This document shows, piece after piece, positions 25,801-40,800 of a DNA stretch of 64,000 bases. Origin of the DNA: Felis catus (Eukaryota); contig NC_058383.1 of the NCBI RefSeq assembly GCF_018350175.1, positions 16,556,001 through 16,620,000 on the forward strand, read 5' to 3'. Position numbers and translations under genes: made by a program. Numbering within the stretch: the stretch's first letter is position 1; every line of letters starts with the position of its first letter. The notes under the pieces were generated by a model that saw only the letters and a program-made list of their open reading frames with translations, did no database searches and was not told the DNA's origin.

Positions 25801-28800
25801 TGGGAACCGAGATGTTCGTTCCAAGCGGGATCTTATGGCCCCACTCCGAAACCACCCCACAAGCACACTCCCACGGTCTTCTTTCCTGCACCTCAGCCCA
25901 GGGAGCTTACCATGTCGGCCAGCGTCAGTTTCCCAACACTTGTGTACCTTAGCCACACCAGCTGTCAGTGGCTAGACGGTCTCCCCACCTTGAGGCTTCT
26001 GAGAGGTGCGGAGACGCCACTGGCCTCAGAGCTCCGTTCTCGTGGGGCCGCTGCAGACCCTGCTGACACGAGGGAAGCAAGATGGGTTCTCGGGGAAGGA
26101 TTGCCCATAGTGGCTTAGGAGCGAGTTCTGCGTCTGATACTGTCGTCCTGTGGCCCCACCGAGGTTTTCCCACCCCCTTGACTGTGTGAAACGAGGTGTC
26201 CGTCCGTGGGACAGGTGGAGTCACCATAGTGTGGTTTCTCCAGATGAGCTTAGGACAGTCTAACGCCCAGGGTCGGTACACCTACTCCCACACTTCTGAC
26301 TTCCCGGAGTCCACTGAGGTCAGGTGATGTCGGTTACCGCACAGCCTTGCATCTGGGCGACGCACATGGGGCGCATCCCTGTGAGGCCCCGCAAGCATTT
26401 CTAACCCTGGTAACTTTAGGGGAAGGAGAAGTTGGTCGACGTCTGGACACCGCCCCCTGTTGGCTGCACAGCCTTGAGGGCAAGGGGCTCGCCTCGTCGC
26501 CCCGCCGGGCTTCTCAGCAGACAGTTCGTGCTTAGGGAAATGGGGTGTCAGTTGAAAGAGGCCCTCCGCACGAGTGTGCTTCACGGAGCTGAGTCGAGGG
26601 GACGGGCCCTCTCGGCCCCGCAGTGCTCTCCAGCAAGCACTTCCGCCTTAGTGGAACAACGTGTTGGTTGAAAGCTGGCTGTCCCCAACTGGAGTTTCTC
26701 TGGCAGAGTTCAGTCCCTGGGACTTTTCAGGCAGGCACGGCAGACTATTTCCAAGGCTTCTTCCTTCATGAAGGGAGAAGGAAAAACGGTGGTCCCACAC
26801 TGAGGTTTCACAGAGTGGAGGCCCTAGCATTGCCCTGCGAATTGACCGAGGGGTTGGGAAAGCCTGCCAACCTGTTGCAACCAGGCGATGCTGAGCTGAA
26901 AAAGGCTTCCCACCGTGCTGTGTTTCACTCTGTGGCTCTTTGCAGCCTGGCTCCACACAGCTTTGCACACACGTCTAGCTTTGGGAAATGAGAGGGTCGT
27001 CACAGCAAGGATGCAGCCCAGTGTCGTTTCACCACAAGAGTGTGAGGCAGTCTCCGCACAGGTCATGCCTCGTTTCCCAGACACTTGTCAGTTGGGGAAA
27101 CCCCAATATGTGTGAAACGCGTATCGCCGGACCGTGGTTCCACACAGCTCCCTTGGTGGACACGTCGCGTTCAGCGCCCCCGTCTCAGTGTTTCCAAGGC
27201 TTCTAACTGTGGGAACCGAGATGTTCGTTCCAAGCGGGATCTTATGGCCCCACTCCGAAACCACCCCACAAGCACTCTCCCACGGTCTTCTTTCCTGCAC
27301 CTCAGCCCAGGGAGCTTACCTTGTCGGCCAGCGTCAGTTTTCCAACACTTGTGTACCTTAGCCACACCAGCTGTCAGTGGCTAGACGGTCTCCCCACCTT
27401 GAGGCTTCTGAGAGGTGCGGAGACGCCACTGGCCTGACAGCTCCGTTCTCGTGGGGCCGCTGCAGACACTGCTGACACGAGGGAAGCAAGATGGGTTCTC
27501 GGGGAAGGATTGCCCATAGTGGCTTAGGAGCGAGTTCTGCGTCCGGTACTGTCGTCGTATGGCCCCGCCGAGGTTTTCCCACCCCCTTGACTGTGTGAAA
27601 CGAGGTGTCCGTCCGTGGGACAGGTGGAGTCACCATAGTGTGGTTTCTCCAGATGAGCTGAGGACAGTCTAACGCCCAGGGTCGGTACACCTACTCCCAC
27701 ACTTCTGACTTCCCGGAGTCCACTGAGGTCAGGTGATGTCGGTTACCGCACAGCCTTGCATCTGGGCGACGCACATGGGGCGCATCCCTGTGAGGCCCCG
27801 CAAGCATTTCTAACCCTGGTAACTTTAGGGGAAGGAGAAGTTGGTCGACGTCTGGACACCGCCCCCTGTTGGCTGCACAGCCTTGAGGGCACGGGTCTCG
27901 CCTCGTCGCCCCGCCGGGCTTCTCAGCAGACAGTTGGTGCTTAGGGAAATGGGGTGTCAGTTGAAAGAGGCCCTCCGCACGAGTGTGCTTCCCGGAGCTG
28001 AGTCGAGGGGACGGGCCCTCTCGGCCCCGCAGTGCTCTCCAGCAAGCACTTCCGCCTTAGTGGAACAACGTGTTGGTTGAAAGCTGGCTTTCCCCAACTG
28101 GAGTTTCTCTGGCAGAGTTCAGTCCCTGGGACTTTTCAGGCAGGCACGGCAGACTATTTCCAAGGCTTCTTTCTTCATGAAGGGAGAAGGAAAGAGGGTG
28201 GTCCCACACTGAGGTTTCACAGAGTGGAGGCCCTAGCATTGCCCTGCGAATTGACCGAGGGGTTGGGAAAGCCTGCCAACCTGTTGCAACCAGGCGTTGC
28301 TGAGCTGAAAAAGGCTTCCCACCGTGCTGTGTTTCACTCTGTGGCTCTTTGCAGCCTGGCTCCACATAGCTTTGCACACACGTCTAGCTTTGGGAAATGA
28401 GAGGGTCGTCACTGCAAGGATGCAGCCCAGTGTCGTTTCACCACAAGAGTGTGAGGCAGTCTCCGCACAGGTCATGCCTCGTTTCCCAGACACTTGTCAG
28501 TTGGGGAAACCCCAATATGTGTGAAACGCGTATCGCCGGACCGTGGTTCCACACAGCTCCCTTGGTGGACACGTCGCGTTCAGCGCCCCCGTCTCAGTGT
28601 TTCCAAGGCTTCTAACTGTGGGAACCGAGATGTTCGTTCCAAGCGGGATCTTATGGCCCCACTCCGAAACCACCCCACAAGCACTCTCCCACGGTCTTCT
28701 TTCCTGCACCTCAGCCCAGGGAGCTTACCTTGTCGGCCAGCGTCAGTTTTCCAACACTTGTGTACCTTAGCCACACCAGCTGTCAGTGGCTAGACGGTCT

Positions 28801-31800
28801 CCCCACCTTGAGGCTTCTGAGAGGTGCGGAGACGCCACTGGCCTGACAGCTCCGTTCTCGTGGGGCCGCTGCAGACACTGCTGACACGAGGGAAGCAAGA
28901 TGGGTTCTCGGGGAAGGATTGCCCATAGTGGCTTAGGAGCGAGTTCTGCGTCTGGTACTGTCGTCCTGTGGCCCCACCGAGGTTTTCCCACCCCCTTGAC
29001 TGTGTGAAACGAGGTGTCCGTCCGTGGGACAGGTGGAGTCACCATAGTGTGGTTTCTCCAGATGAGCTGAGGACAGTCTAACGCCCAGGGTCGGTACACC
29101 TACTCCCACACTTCTGACTTCCCGGAGTCCACTGAGGTCAGGTGATGTCGGTTACCGCACAGCCTTGCATCTGGGCGACGCACATGGGGCGCATCCCTGT
29201 GAGGCCCCGCAAGCATTTCTAACCCTGGTAACTTTAGGGGAAGGAGAAGTTGGTCGACGTCTGGACACCGCCCCCTGTTGGCTGCACAGCCTTGAGGGCA
29301 CGGGGCTCGCCTCGTCGCCCCGCCGGGCTTCTCAGCAGACAGTTCGTGCTTAGGGAAATGGGGTGTCAGTTGAAAGAGGCCCTCCGCACGAGTGTGCTTC
29401 CCGGAGCTGAGTCGAGGGGACGGGCCCTCTCGGCCCCGCAGTGCTCTCCAGCAAGCACTTCCGCCTTAGTGGAACAACGTGTTGGTTGAAAGCTGGCTTA
29501 TCCCAACTGGAGTTTCTCTGGCAGAGTTCAGTCCCTGGGACTTTTCAGGCAGGCACGGCAGACTATTTCCAAGGCTTCTTTCTTCATGAAGGGAGAAGGA
29601 AAGAGGGTGGTCCCACACTGAGGTTTCACAGAGTGGAGGCTCTAGCATTGCCCTGCGAATTGACCGAGGGGTTGAGAAAGCCTGCCAACCTGTTGCAACC
29701 AGGCGTTGCTGAGCTGAAAAAGGCTTCCCACCGTGCTGTGTTTCACTCTGTGGCTCTTTGCAGCCTGGCTCCACACAGCTTTGCACACACGTCTAGCTTT
29801 GGGAAACGAGAGGGTCTTCACAGCAAGGATGCAGCCCAGTGTCGTTTCACCACAAGAATGTGAGGCAGTCTCCGCACAGGTCATGCCTCGTTTCCCAGAC
29901 ACTTGTCAGTTGGGGAAACCCCAATATGTGTGAAACGCGTATCGCCGGACCGTGGTTCCACACAGCTCCCTTGGTGGACACCTCGCGTTCAGCGCCCCCG
30001 TCTCAGTGTTTCCAAGGCTTCTAACTGTGGGAACCGAGATGTTCGTTCCAAGCGGGATCTTATGGCCCCACTCCGAAACCACCCCACAAGCACACTCCCA
30101 CGGTCTTCTTTCCTGCACCTCAGCCCAGGGAGCTTACCATGTCGGCCAGCGTCAGTTTCCCAACACTTGTGTACCTTAGCCACACCAGCTGTCAGTGGCT
30201 AGACGGTCTCCCCACCTTGAGGCTTCTGAGAGGTGCGGAGACGCCACTGGCCTCAGAGCTCCGTTCTCGTGGGGCCGCTGCAGACCCTGCTGACACGAGG
30301 GAAGCAAGATGGGTTCTCGGGGAAGGATTGCCCATAGTGGCTTAGGAGCGAGTTCTGCGTCTGGTACTGTCGTCCTGTGGCCCCACCGAGGTTTTCCCAC
30401 CCCCTTGACTGTGTGAAACGAGGTGTCCGTCCGTGGGACAGGTGGAGTCACCATAGTGTGGTTTCTCCAGATGAGCTTAGGACAGTCTAACGCCCAGGGT
30501 CGGTACACCTACTCCCACACTTCTGACTTCCCGGAGTCCACTGAGGTCAGGTGATGTCGGTTACCGCACAGCCTTGTATCTGGCGACGTACATGGGGCGC
30601 ATCCCTGTGAGGCCCCGCAAGCATTTCTAACCCTGGTAACTTTAGGGGAAGGAGAAGTTGGTCGACGTCTGGACACCGCCCCCTGTTGGCTGCACAGCCT
30701 TGAGGGCACGGGGCTCGCCTCGTCGTCCCGCCGGGCTTCTCAGCAGACAGTTCGTGCTTAGGGAATCGGGTGTCAGTTGAAAGAGGCCCTCCGCACGAGT
30801 GTGCTTCACGGAGCTGAGTCGAGGGGACGGGCCCTCTCGGCCCCGCAGTGCTCTCCAGCAAGCACTTCCGCCTTAGTGGAACAACGTGTTGGTTGAAAGC
30901 TGGCTTATCCCAACTGGAGTTTCTCTGGCAGAGTTCAGTCCCTGGGAATTTTCAGGCAGGCACGGCAGACTATTTCCCAAGTTTCTTTCTTCATGAAGGG
31001 AGAAGGAAAGAGGGTGGTCCCACACTGAGGTTTCACAGAGTGGAGGCTCTAGCATTGCCCTGCGAATTGACCGAGGGGTTGAGAAAGCCTGCCAACCTGT
31101 TGCAACCAGGCGTTGCTGAGCTGAAAAAGGCTTCCCACCGTGCTGTGTTTCACTCTGTGGCTCTTTGCAGCCTGGCTCCACACAGCTTTGCACACACGTC
31201 TAGCTTTGGGAAACGAGAGGGTCTTCACAGCAAGGATGCAGCCCAGTGTCGTTTCACCACAAGAATGTGAGGCAGTCTCCGTACAGGTCATGCCTCGTTT
31301 CCCAGACACTTGTCAGTTGGGGAAACCCCAATATGTGTGAAACGCGTATCGCCGGACCGTGGTTCCACACAGCTCCCTTGGTGGACACCTCGCGTTCAGC
31401 GCCCCCGTCTCAGTGTTTCCAAGGCTTCTAACTGTGGGAACCGAGATGTTCGTTCCAAGCGGGATCTTATGGCCCCACTCCGAAACCACCCCACAAGCAC
31501 ACTCCCACGGTCTTCTTTCCTGCACCTCAGCCCAGGGAGCTTACCATGTCGGCCAGCGTCAGTTTCCCAACACTTGTGTACCTTAGCCACACCAGCTGTC
31601 AGTGGCTAGACGGTCTCCCCACCTTGAGGCTTCTGAGAGGTGCGGAGACGCCACTGGCCTCAGAGCTCCGTTCTCGTGGGGCCGCTGCAGACCCTGCTGA
31701 CACGAGGGAAGCAAGATGGGTTCTCGGGGAAGGATTGCCCATAGTGGCTTAGGAGCGAGTTCTGCGTCTGATACTGTCGTCCTGTGGCCCCACCGAGGTT

Positions 31801-34800
31801 TTCCCACCCCCTTGACTGTGTGAAACGAGGTGTCCGTCCGTGGGACAGGTGGAGTCACCATAGTGTGGTTTCTCCAGATGAGCTTAGGACAGTCTAACGC
31901 CCAGGGTCGGTACACCTACTCCCACACTTCTGACTTCCCGGAGTCCACTGAGGTCAGGTGATGTCGGTTACCGCACAGCCTTGCATCTGGGCGACGCACA
32001 TGGGGCGCATCCCTGTGAGGCCCCGCAAGCATTTCTAACCCTGGTAACTTTAGGGGAAGGAGAAGTTGGTCGACGTCTGGACACCGCCCCCTGTTGGCTG
32101 CACAGCCTTGAGGGCAAGGGGCTCGCCTCGTCGCCCCGCCGGGCTTCTCAGCAGACAGTTCGTGCTTAGGGAAATGGGGTGTCAGTTGAAAGAGGCCCTC
32201 CGCACGAGTGTGCTTCACGGAGCTGAGTCGAGGGGACGGGCCCTCTCGGCCCCGCAGTGCTCTCCAGCAAGCACTTCCGCCTTAGTGGAACAACGTGTTG
32301 GTTGAAAGCTGGCTGTCCCCAACTGGAGTTTCTCTGGCAGAGTTCAGTCCCTGGGACTTTTCAGGCAGGCACGGCAGACTATTTCCAAGGCTTCTTTCTT
32401 CATGAAGGGAGAAGGAAAAACGGTGGTCCCACACTGAGGTTTCACAGAGTGGAGGCCCTAGCATTGCCCTGCGAATTGACCGAGGGGTTGGGAAAGCCTG
32501 CCAACCTGTTGCAACCAGGCGATGCTGAGCTGAAAAAGGCTTCCCACCGTGCTGTGTTTCACTCTGTGGCTCTTTGCAGCCTGGCTCCACACAGCTTTGC
32601 ACACACGTCTAGCTTTGGGAAATGAGAGGGTCGTCACAGCAAGGATGCAGCCCAGTGTCGTTTCACCACAAGAGTGTGAGGCAGTCTCCGCACAGGTCAT
32701 GCCTCGTTTCCCAGACACTTGTCAGTTGGGGAAACCCCAATATGTGTGAAACGCGTATCGCCGGACCATGGTTCCACACAGCTCCCTTGGTGGACACGTC
32801 GCGTTCAGCGCCCCCGTCTCAGTGTTTCCAAGGCTTCTAACTGTGGGAACCGAGATGTTCGTTCCAAGCGGGATCTTATGGCCCCACTCCGAAACCACCC
32901 CACAAGCACTCTCCCACGGTCTTCTTTCCTGCACCTCAGCCCAGGGAGCTTACCTTGTCGGCCAGCGTCAGTTTTCCAACACTTGTGTACCTTAGCCACA
33001 CCAGCTGTCAGTGGCTAGACGGTCTCCCCACCTTGAGGCTTCTGAGAGGTGCGGAGACGCCACTGGCCTGACAGCTCCGTTCTCGGGGGGCCGCTGCAGA
33101 CACTGCTGACACGAGGGAAGCAAGATGGGTTCTCGGGGAAGGATTGCCCATAGTGGCTTAGGAGCGAGTTCTGCGTCCGGTACTGTCGTCGTATGGCCCC
33201 GCCGAGGTTTTCCCACCCCCTTGACTGTGTGAAACGAGGTGTCCGTCCGTGGGACAGGTGGAGTCACCATAGTGTGGTTTCTCCAGATGAGCTGAGGACA
33301 GTCTAACGCCCAGGGTCGGTACACCTACTCCCACACTTCTGACTTCCCGGAGTCCACTGAGGTCAGGTGATGTCGGTTACCGCACAGCCTTGCATCTGGG
33401 CGACGCACATGGGGCGCATCCCTGTGAGGCCCCGCAAGCATTTCTAACCCTGGTAACTTTAGGGGAAGGAGAAGTTGGTCGACGTCTGGACACCGCCCCC
33501 TGTTGGCTGCACAGCCTTGAGGGCACGGGGCTCGCCTCGTCGCCCCGCCGGGCTTCTCAGCAGACAGTTCGTGCTTAGGGAAATGGGGTGTCAGTTGAAA
33601 GAGGCCCTCCGCACGAGTGTGCTTCCCGGAGCTGAGTCGAGGGGACGGGCCCTCTCGGCCCCGCAGTGCTCTCCAGCAAGCACTTCCGCCTTAGTGGAAC
33701 AACGTGTTGGTTGAAAGCTGGCTGTCCCCAACTGGAGTTTCTCTGGCAGAGTTCAGTCCCTGGGACTTTTCAGGCAGGCACGGCAGACTATTTCCAAGGC
33801 TTCTTTCTTCATGAAGGGAGAAGGAAAAACGGTGGTCCCACACTGAGGTTTCACAGAGTGGAGGCCCTAGCATTGCCCTGCGAATTGACCGAGGGGTTGG
33901 GAAAGCCTGCCAACCTGTTGCAACCAGGCGTTGCTGAGCTGAAAAAGGCTTCCCACCGTGCTGTGTTTCACTCTGTGGCTCTTTGCAGCCTGGCTCCACA
34001 CAGCTTTGCACACACGTCTAGCTTTGGGAAATGAGAGGGTCGTCACAGCAAGGATGCAGCCCAGTGTCGTTTCACCACAAGAGTGTGAGGCAGTCTCCGC
34101 ACAGGTCATGCCTCGTTTCCCAGACACTTGTCAGTTGGGGAAACCCCAATATGTGTGAAACGCGTATCGCCGGACCGTGGTTCCACACAGCTCCCTTGGT
34201 GGACACGTCGCGTTCAGCGCCCCCGTCTCAGTGTTTCCAAGGCTTCTAACTGTGGGAACCGAGATGTTCGTTCCAAGCGGGATCTTATGGCCCCACTCCG
34301 AAACCACCCCACAAGCACTCTCCCACGGTCTTCTTTCCTGCACCTCAGCCCAGGGAGCTTACCTTGTCGGCCAGCGTCAGTTTTCCAACACTTGTGTACC
34401 TTAGCCACACCAGCTGTCAGTGGCTAGACGGTCTCCCCACCTTGAGGCTTCTGAGAGGTGCGGAGACGCCACTGGCCTGACAGCTCCGTTCTCGGGGGGC
34501 CGCTGCAGACACTGCTGACACGAGGGAAGCAAGATGGGTTCTCGGGGAAGGATTGCCCATAGTGGCTTAGGAGCGAGTTCTGCGTCCGGTACTGTCGTCG
34601 AATGGCCCCGCCGAGGTTTTCCCACCCCCTTGACTGTGTGAAACGAGGTGTCCGTCCGTGGGACAGGTGGAGTCACCATAGTGTGGTTTCTCCAGATGAG
34701 CTTAGGACAGTCTAACGCCCAGGGTCGGTACACCTACTCCCACACTTCTGACTTCCCGGAGTCCACTGAGGTCAGGTGATGTCGGTTACCGCACAGCCTT

Positions 34801-37800
34801 GTATCTGGGCGACGTACATGGGGCGCATCCCTGTGAGGCCCCGCAAGCATTTCTAACCCTGGTAACTTTAGGGGAAGGAGAAGTTGGTCGACGTCTGGAC
34901 ACCGCCCCCTGTTGGCTGCACAGCCTTGAGGGCACGGGGCTCGCCTCGTCGCCCCGCCGGGCTTCTCAGCAGACAGTTCGTGCTTAGGGAATCGGGTGTC
35001 AGTTGAAAGAGGCCCTCCGCACGAGTGTGCTTCACGGAGCTGAGTCGAGGGGACGGGCCCTCTCGGCCCCGCAGTGCTCTCCAGCAAGCACTTCCGCCTT
35101 AGTGGAACAACGTGTTGGTTGAAAGCTGGCTTATCCCAACTGGAGTTTCTCTGGCAGAGTTCAGTCCCTGGGAATTTTCAGGCAGGCACGGCAGACTATT
35201 TCCAAGGCTTCTTTCTTCATGAAGGGAGAAGGAAAGAGGGTGGTCCCACACTGAGGTTTCACAGAGTGGAGGCTCTAGCATTGCCCTGCGAATTGACCGA
35301 GGGGTTGAGAAAGCCTGCCAACCTGTTGCAACCAGGCGTTGCTGAGCTGAAAAAGGCTTCCCACCGTGCTGTGTTTCACTCTGTGGCTCTTTGCAGCCTG
35401 GCTCCACACAGCTTTGCACACACGTCTAGCTTTGGGAAACGAGAGGGTCTTCACAGCAAGGATGCAGCCCAGTGTCGTTTCACCACAAGAATGTGAGGCA
35501 GTCTCCGCACAGGTCATGCCTCGTTTCCCAGACACTTGTCAGTTGGGGAAACCCCAATATGTGTGAAACGCGTATCGCCGGACCGTGGTTCCACACAGCT
35601 CCCTTGGTGGACACCTCGCGTTCAGCGCCCCCGTCTCAGTGTTTCCAAGGCTTCTAACTGTGGGAACCGAGATGTTCGTTCCAAGCGGGATCTTATGGCC
35701 CCACTCCGAAACCACCCCACAAGCACACTCCCACGGTCTTCTTTCCTGCACCTCAGCCCAGGGAGCTTACCATGTCGGCCAGCGTCAGTTTCCCAACACT
35801 TGTGTACCTTAGCCACACCAGCTGTCAGTGGCTAGACGGTCTCCCCACCTTGAGGCTTCTGAGAGGTGCGGAGACGCCACTGGCCTCAGAGCTCCGTTCT
35901 CGTGGGGCCGCTGCAGACCCTGCTGACACGAGGGAAGCAAGATGGGTTCTCGGGGAAGGATTGCCCATAGTGGCTTAGGAGCGAGTTCTGCGTCTGATAC
36001 TGTCGTCCTGTGGCCCCACCGAGGTTTTCCCACCCCCTTGACTGTGTGAAACGAGGTGTCCGTCCGTGGGACAGGTGGAGTCACCATAGTGTGGTTTCTC
36101 CAGATGAGCTTAGGACAGTCTAACGCCCAGGGTCGGTACACCTACTCCCACACTTCTGACTTCCCGGAGTCCACTGAGGTCAGGTGATGTCGGTTACCGC
36201 ACAGCCTTGCATCTGGGCGACGCACATGGGGCGCATCCCTGTGAGGCCCCGCAAGCATTTCTAACCCTGGTAACTTTAGGGGAAGGAGAAGTTGTTCGAC
36301 GTCTGGACACCGCCCCCTGTTGGCTGCACAGCCTTGAGGGCACGGGGCTCGCCTCGTCGCCCCGCCGGGCTTCTCAGCAGACAGTTCGTGCTTAGGGAAA
36401 TGGGGTGTCAGTTGAAAGAGGCCCTCCGCACGAGTGTGCTTCACGGAGCTGAGTCGAGGGGACGGGCCCTCTCGGCCCCGCAGTGCTCTCCAGCAAGCAC
36501 TTCCGCCTTAGTGGAACAACGTGTTGGTTGAAAGCTGGCTGTCCCCAACTGGAGTTTCTCTGGCAGAGTTCAGTCCCTGGGACTTTTCAGGCAGGCACGG
36601 CAGACTATTTCCAAGGCTTCTTCCTTCGTGAAGGGAGAAGGAAAAACGGTGGTCCCACACTATGGTTTCACAGAGTGGAGGCCCTAGCATTGCCCTGCGA
36701 ATTGACCGAGGGGTTGGGAAAGCCTGCCAACCTGTTGCAACCAGGCGATGCTGAGCTGAAAAAGGCTTCCCACCGTGCTGTGTTTCACTCTGTGGCTCTT
36801 TGCAGCCTGGCTCCACACAGCTTTGCACACACGTCTAGCTTTGGGAAATGAGAGGGTCGTCACAGCAAGGATGCAGCCCAGTGTCGTTTCACCACAAGAG
36901 TGTGAGGCAGTCTCCGCACAGGTCATGCCTCGTTTCCCAGACACTTGTCAGTTGGGGAAACCCCAATATGTGTGAAACGCGTATCGCCGGACCGTGGTTC
37001 CACACAGCTCCCTTGGTGGACACGTCGCGTTCAGCGCCCCCGTCTCAGTGTTTCCAAGGCTTCTAACTGTGGGAACCGAGATGTTCGTTCCAAGCGGGAT
37101 CTTATGGCCCCACTCCGAAACCACCCCACAAGCACTCTCCCACGGTCTTCTTTCCTGCACCTCAGCCCAGGGAGCTTACCTTGTCGGCCAGCGTCAGTTT
37201 TCCAACACTTGTGTACCTTAGCCACACCAGCTGTCAGTGGCTAGACGGTCTCCCCACCTTGAGGCTTCTGAGAGGTGCGGAGACGCCACTGGCCTGACAG
37301 CTCCGTTCTCGTGGGGCCGCTGCAGACACTGCTGACACGAGGGAAGCAAGATGGGTTCTCGGGGAAGGATTGCCCATAGTGGCTTAGGAGCGAGTTCTGC
37401 GTCCGGTACTGTCGTCGTATGGCCCCGCCGAGGTTTTCCCACCCCCTTGACTGTGTGAAACGAGGTGTCCGTCCGTGGGACAGGTGGAGTCACCATAGTG
37501 TGGTTTCTCCAGATGAGCTTAGGACAGTCTAACGCCCAGGGTCGGTACACCTACTCCCACACTTCTGACTTCCCGGAGTCCACTGAGGTCAGGTGATGTC
37601 GGTTACCGCACAGCCTTGTATCTGGGCGACGTACATGGGGCGCATCCCTGTGAGGCCCCGCAAGCATTTCTAACCCTGGTAACTTTAGGGGAAGGAGAAG
37701 TTGGTCGACGTCTGGACACCGCCCCCTGTTGGCTGCACAGCCTTGAGGGCACGGGTCTCGCCTCGTCGCCCCGCCGGGCTTCTCAGCAGACAGTTCGTGC

Positions 37801-40800
37801 TTAGGGAAATGGGGTGTCAGTTGAAAGAGGCCCTCCGCACGAGTGTGCTTCCCGGAGCTGAGTCGAGGGGACGGGCCCTCTCGGCCCCGCAGTGCTCTCC
37901 AGCAAGCACTTCCGCCTTAGTGGAACAACGTGTTGGTTGAAAGCTGGCTTTCCCCAACTGGAGTTTCTCTGGCAGAGTTCAGTCCCTGGGACTTTTCAGG
38001 CAGGCACGGCAGACTATTTCCAAGGCTTCTTTCTTCATGAAGGGAGAAGGAAAGAGGGTGGTCCCACACTGAGGTTTCACAGAGTGGAGGCCCTAGCATT
38101 GCCCTGCGAATTGACCGAGGGGTTGGGAAAGCCTGCCAACCTGTTGCAACCAGGCGTTGCTGAGCTGAAAAAGGCTTCCCACCGTGCTGTGTTTCACTCT
38201 GTGGCTCTTTGCAGCCTGGCTCCACACAGCTTTGCACACACGTCTAGCTTTGGGAAATGAGAGGGTCGTCACAGCAAGGATGCAGCCCAGTGTCGTTTCA
38301 CCACAAGAGTGTGAGGCAGTCTCCGCACAGGTCATGCCTCGTTTCCCAGACACTTGTCAGTTGGGGAAACCCCAATATGTGTGAAACGCGTATCGCCGGA
38401 CCGTGGTTCCACACAGCTCCCTTGGTGGACACGTCGCGTTCAGCGCCCCCGTCTCAGTGTTTCCAAGGCTTCTAACTGTGGGAACCGAGATGTTCGTTCC
38501 AAGCGGGATCTTATGGCCCCACTCCGAAACCACCCCACAAGCACTCTCCCACGGTCTTCTTTCCTGCACCTCAGCCCAGGGAGCTTACCTTGTCGGCCAG
38601 CGTCAGTTTTCCAACACTTGTGTACCTTAGCCACACCAGCTGTCAGTGGCTAGACGGTCTCCCCACCTTGAGGCTTCTGAGAGGTGCGGAGACGCCACTG
38701 GCCTGACAGCTCCGTTCTCGTGGGGCCGCTGCAGACACTGCTGACACGAGGGAAGCAAGATGGGTTCTCGGGGAAGGATTGCCCATAGTGGCTTAGGAGC
38801 GAGTTCTGCGTCTGGTACTGTCGTCCTGTGGCCCCACCGAGGTTTTCCCACCCCCTTGACTGTGTGAAACGAGGTGTCCGTCCGTGGGACAGGTGGAGTC
38901 ACCATAGTGTGGTTTCTCCAGATGAGCTGAGGACAGTCTAACGCCCAGGGTCGGTACACCTACTCCCACACTTCTGACTTCCCGGAGTCCACTGAGGTCA
39001 GGTGATGTCGGTTACCGCACAGCCTTGCATCTGGGCGACGCACATGGGGCGCATCCCTGTGAGGCCCCGCAAGCATTTCTAACCCTGGTAACTTTAGGGG
39101 AAGGAGAAGTTGGTCGACGTCTGGACACCGCCCCCTGTTGGCTGCACAGCCTTGAGGGCACGGGTCTCGCCTCGTCGCCCCGCCGGGCTTCTCAGCAGAC
39201 AGTTCGTGCTTAGGGAAATGGGGTGTCAGTTGAAAGAGGCCCTCCGCACGAGTGTGCTTCCCGGAGCTGAGTCGAGGGGACGGGCCCTCTCGGCCCCGCA
39301 GTGCTCTCCAGCAAGCACTTCCGCCTTAGTGGAACAACGTGTTGGTTGAAAGCTGGCTTATCCCAACTGGAGTTTCTCTGGCAGAGTTCAGTCCCTGGGA
39401 CTTTTCAGGCAGGCACGGCAGACTATTTCCAAGGCTTCTTTCTTCATGAAGGGAGAAGGAAAGAGGGTGGTCCCACACTGAGGTTTCACAGAGTGGAGGC
39501 CCTAGCATTGCCCTGCGAATTGACCGAGGGGTTGGGAAAGCCTGCCAACCTGTTGCAACCAGGCGTTGCTGAGCTGAAAAAGGCTTCCCACCGTGCTGTG
39601 TTTCACTCTGTGGCTCTTTGCAGCCTGGCTCCACACAGCTTTGCACACACGTCTAGCTTTGGGAAACGAGAGGGTCGTCACAGCAAGGATGCAGCCCAGT
39701 GTCGTTTCACCACAAGAGTGTGAGGCAGTCTCCGCACAGGTCATGCCTCGTTTCCCAGACACTTGTCAGTTGGGGAAACCCCAATATGTGTGAAACGCGT
39801 ATCGCCGGACCGTGGTTCCACACAGCTCCCTTGGTGGACACGTCGCGTTCAGCGCCCCCGTCTCAGTGTTTCCAAGGCTTCTAACTGTGGGAACCGAGAT
39901 GTTCGTTCCAAGCGGGATCTTATGGCCCCACTCCGAAACCACCCCACAAGCACTCTCCCACGGTCTTCTTTCCTGCACCTCAGCCCAGGGAGCTTACCTT
40001 GTCGGCCAGCGTCAGTTTTCCAACACTTGTGTACCTTAGCCACACCAGCTGTCAGTGGCTAGACGGTCTCCCCACCTTGAGGCTTCTGAGAGGTGCGGAG
40101 ACGCCACTGGCCTGACAGCTCCGTTCTCGTGGGGCCGCTGCAGACACTGCTGACACGAGGGAAGCAAGATGGGTTCTCGGGGAAGGATTGCCCATAGTGG
40201 CTTAGGAGCGAGTTCTGCGTCTGGTACTGTCGTCCTGTGGCCCCACCGAGGTTTTCCCACCCCCTTGACTGTGTGAAACGAGGTGTCCGTCCGTGGGACA
40301 GGTGGAGTCACCATAGTGTGGTTTCTCCAGATGAGCTTAGGACAGTCTAACGCCCAGGGTCGGTACACCTACTCCCACACTTCTGACTTCCCGGAGTCCA
40401 CTGAGGTCAGGTGATGTCGGTTACCGCACAGCCTTGCATCTGGGCGACGCACATGGGGCGCATCCCTGTGAGGCCCCGCAAGCATTTCTAACCCTGGTAA
40501 CTTTAGGGGAAGGAGAAGTTGGTCGACGTCTGGACACCGCCCCCTGTTGGCTGCACAGCCTTGAGGGCACGGGGCTCGCCTCGTCGCCCCGCCGGGCTTC
40601 TCAGCAGACAGTTCGTGCTTAGGGAATCGGGTGTCAGTTGAAAGAGGCCCTCCGCACGAGTGTGCTTCCCGGAGCTGAGTCGAGGGGACGGGCCCTCTCG
40701 GCCCCGCAGTGCTCTCCAGCAAGCACTTCCGCCTTAGTGGAACAACGTGTTGGTTGAAAGCTGGCTTATCCCAACTGGAGTTTCTCTGGCAGAGTTCAGT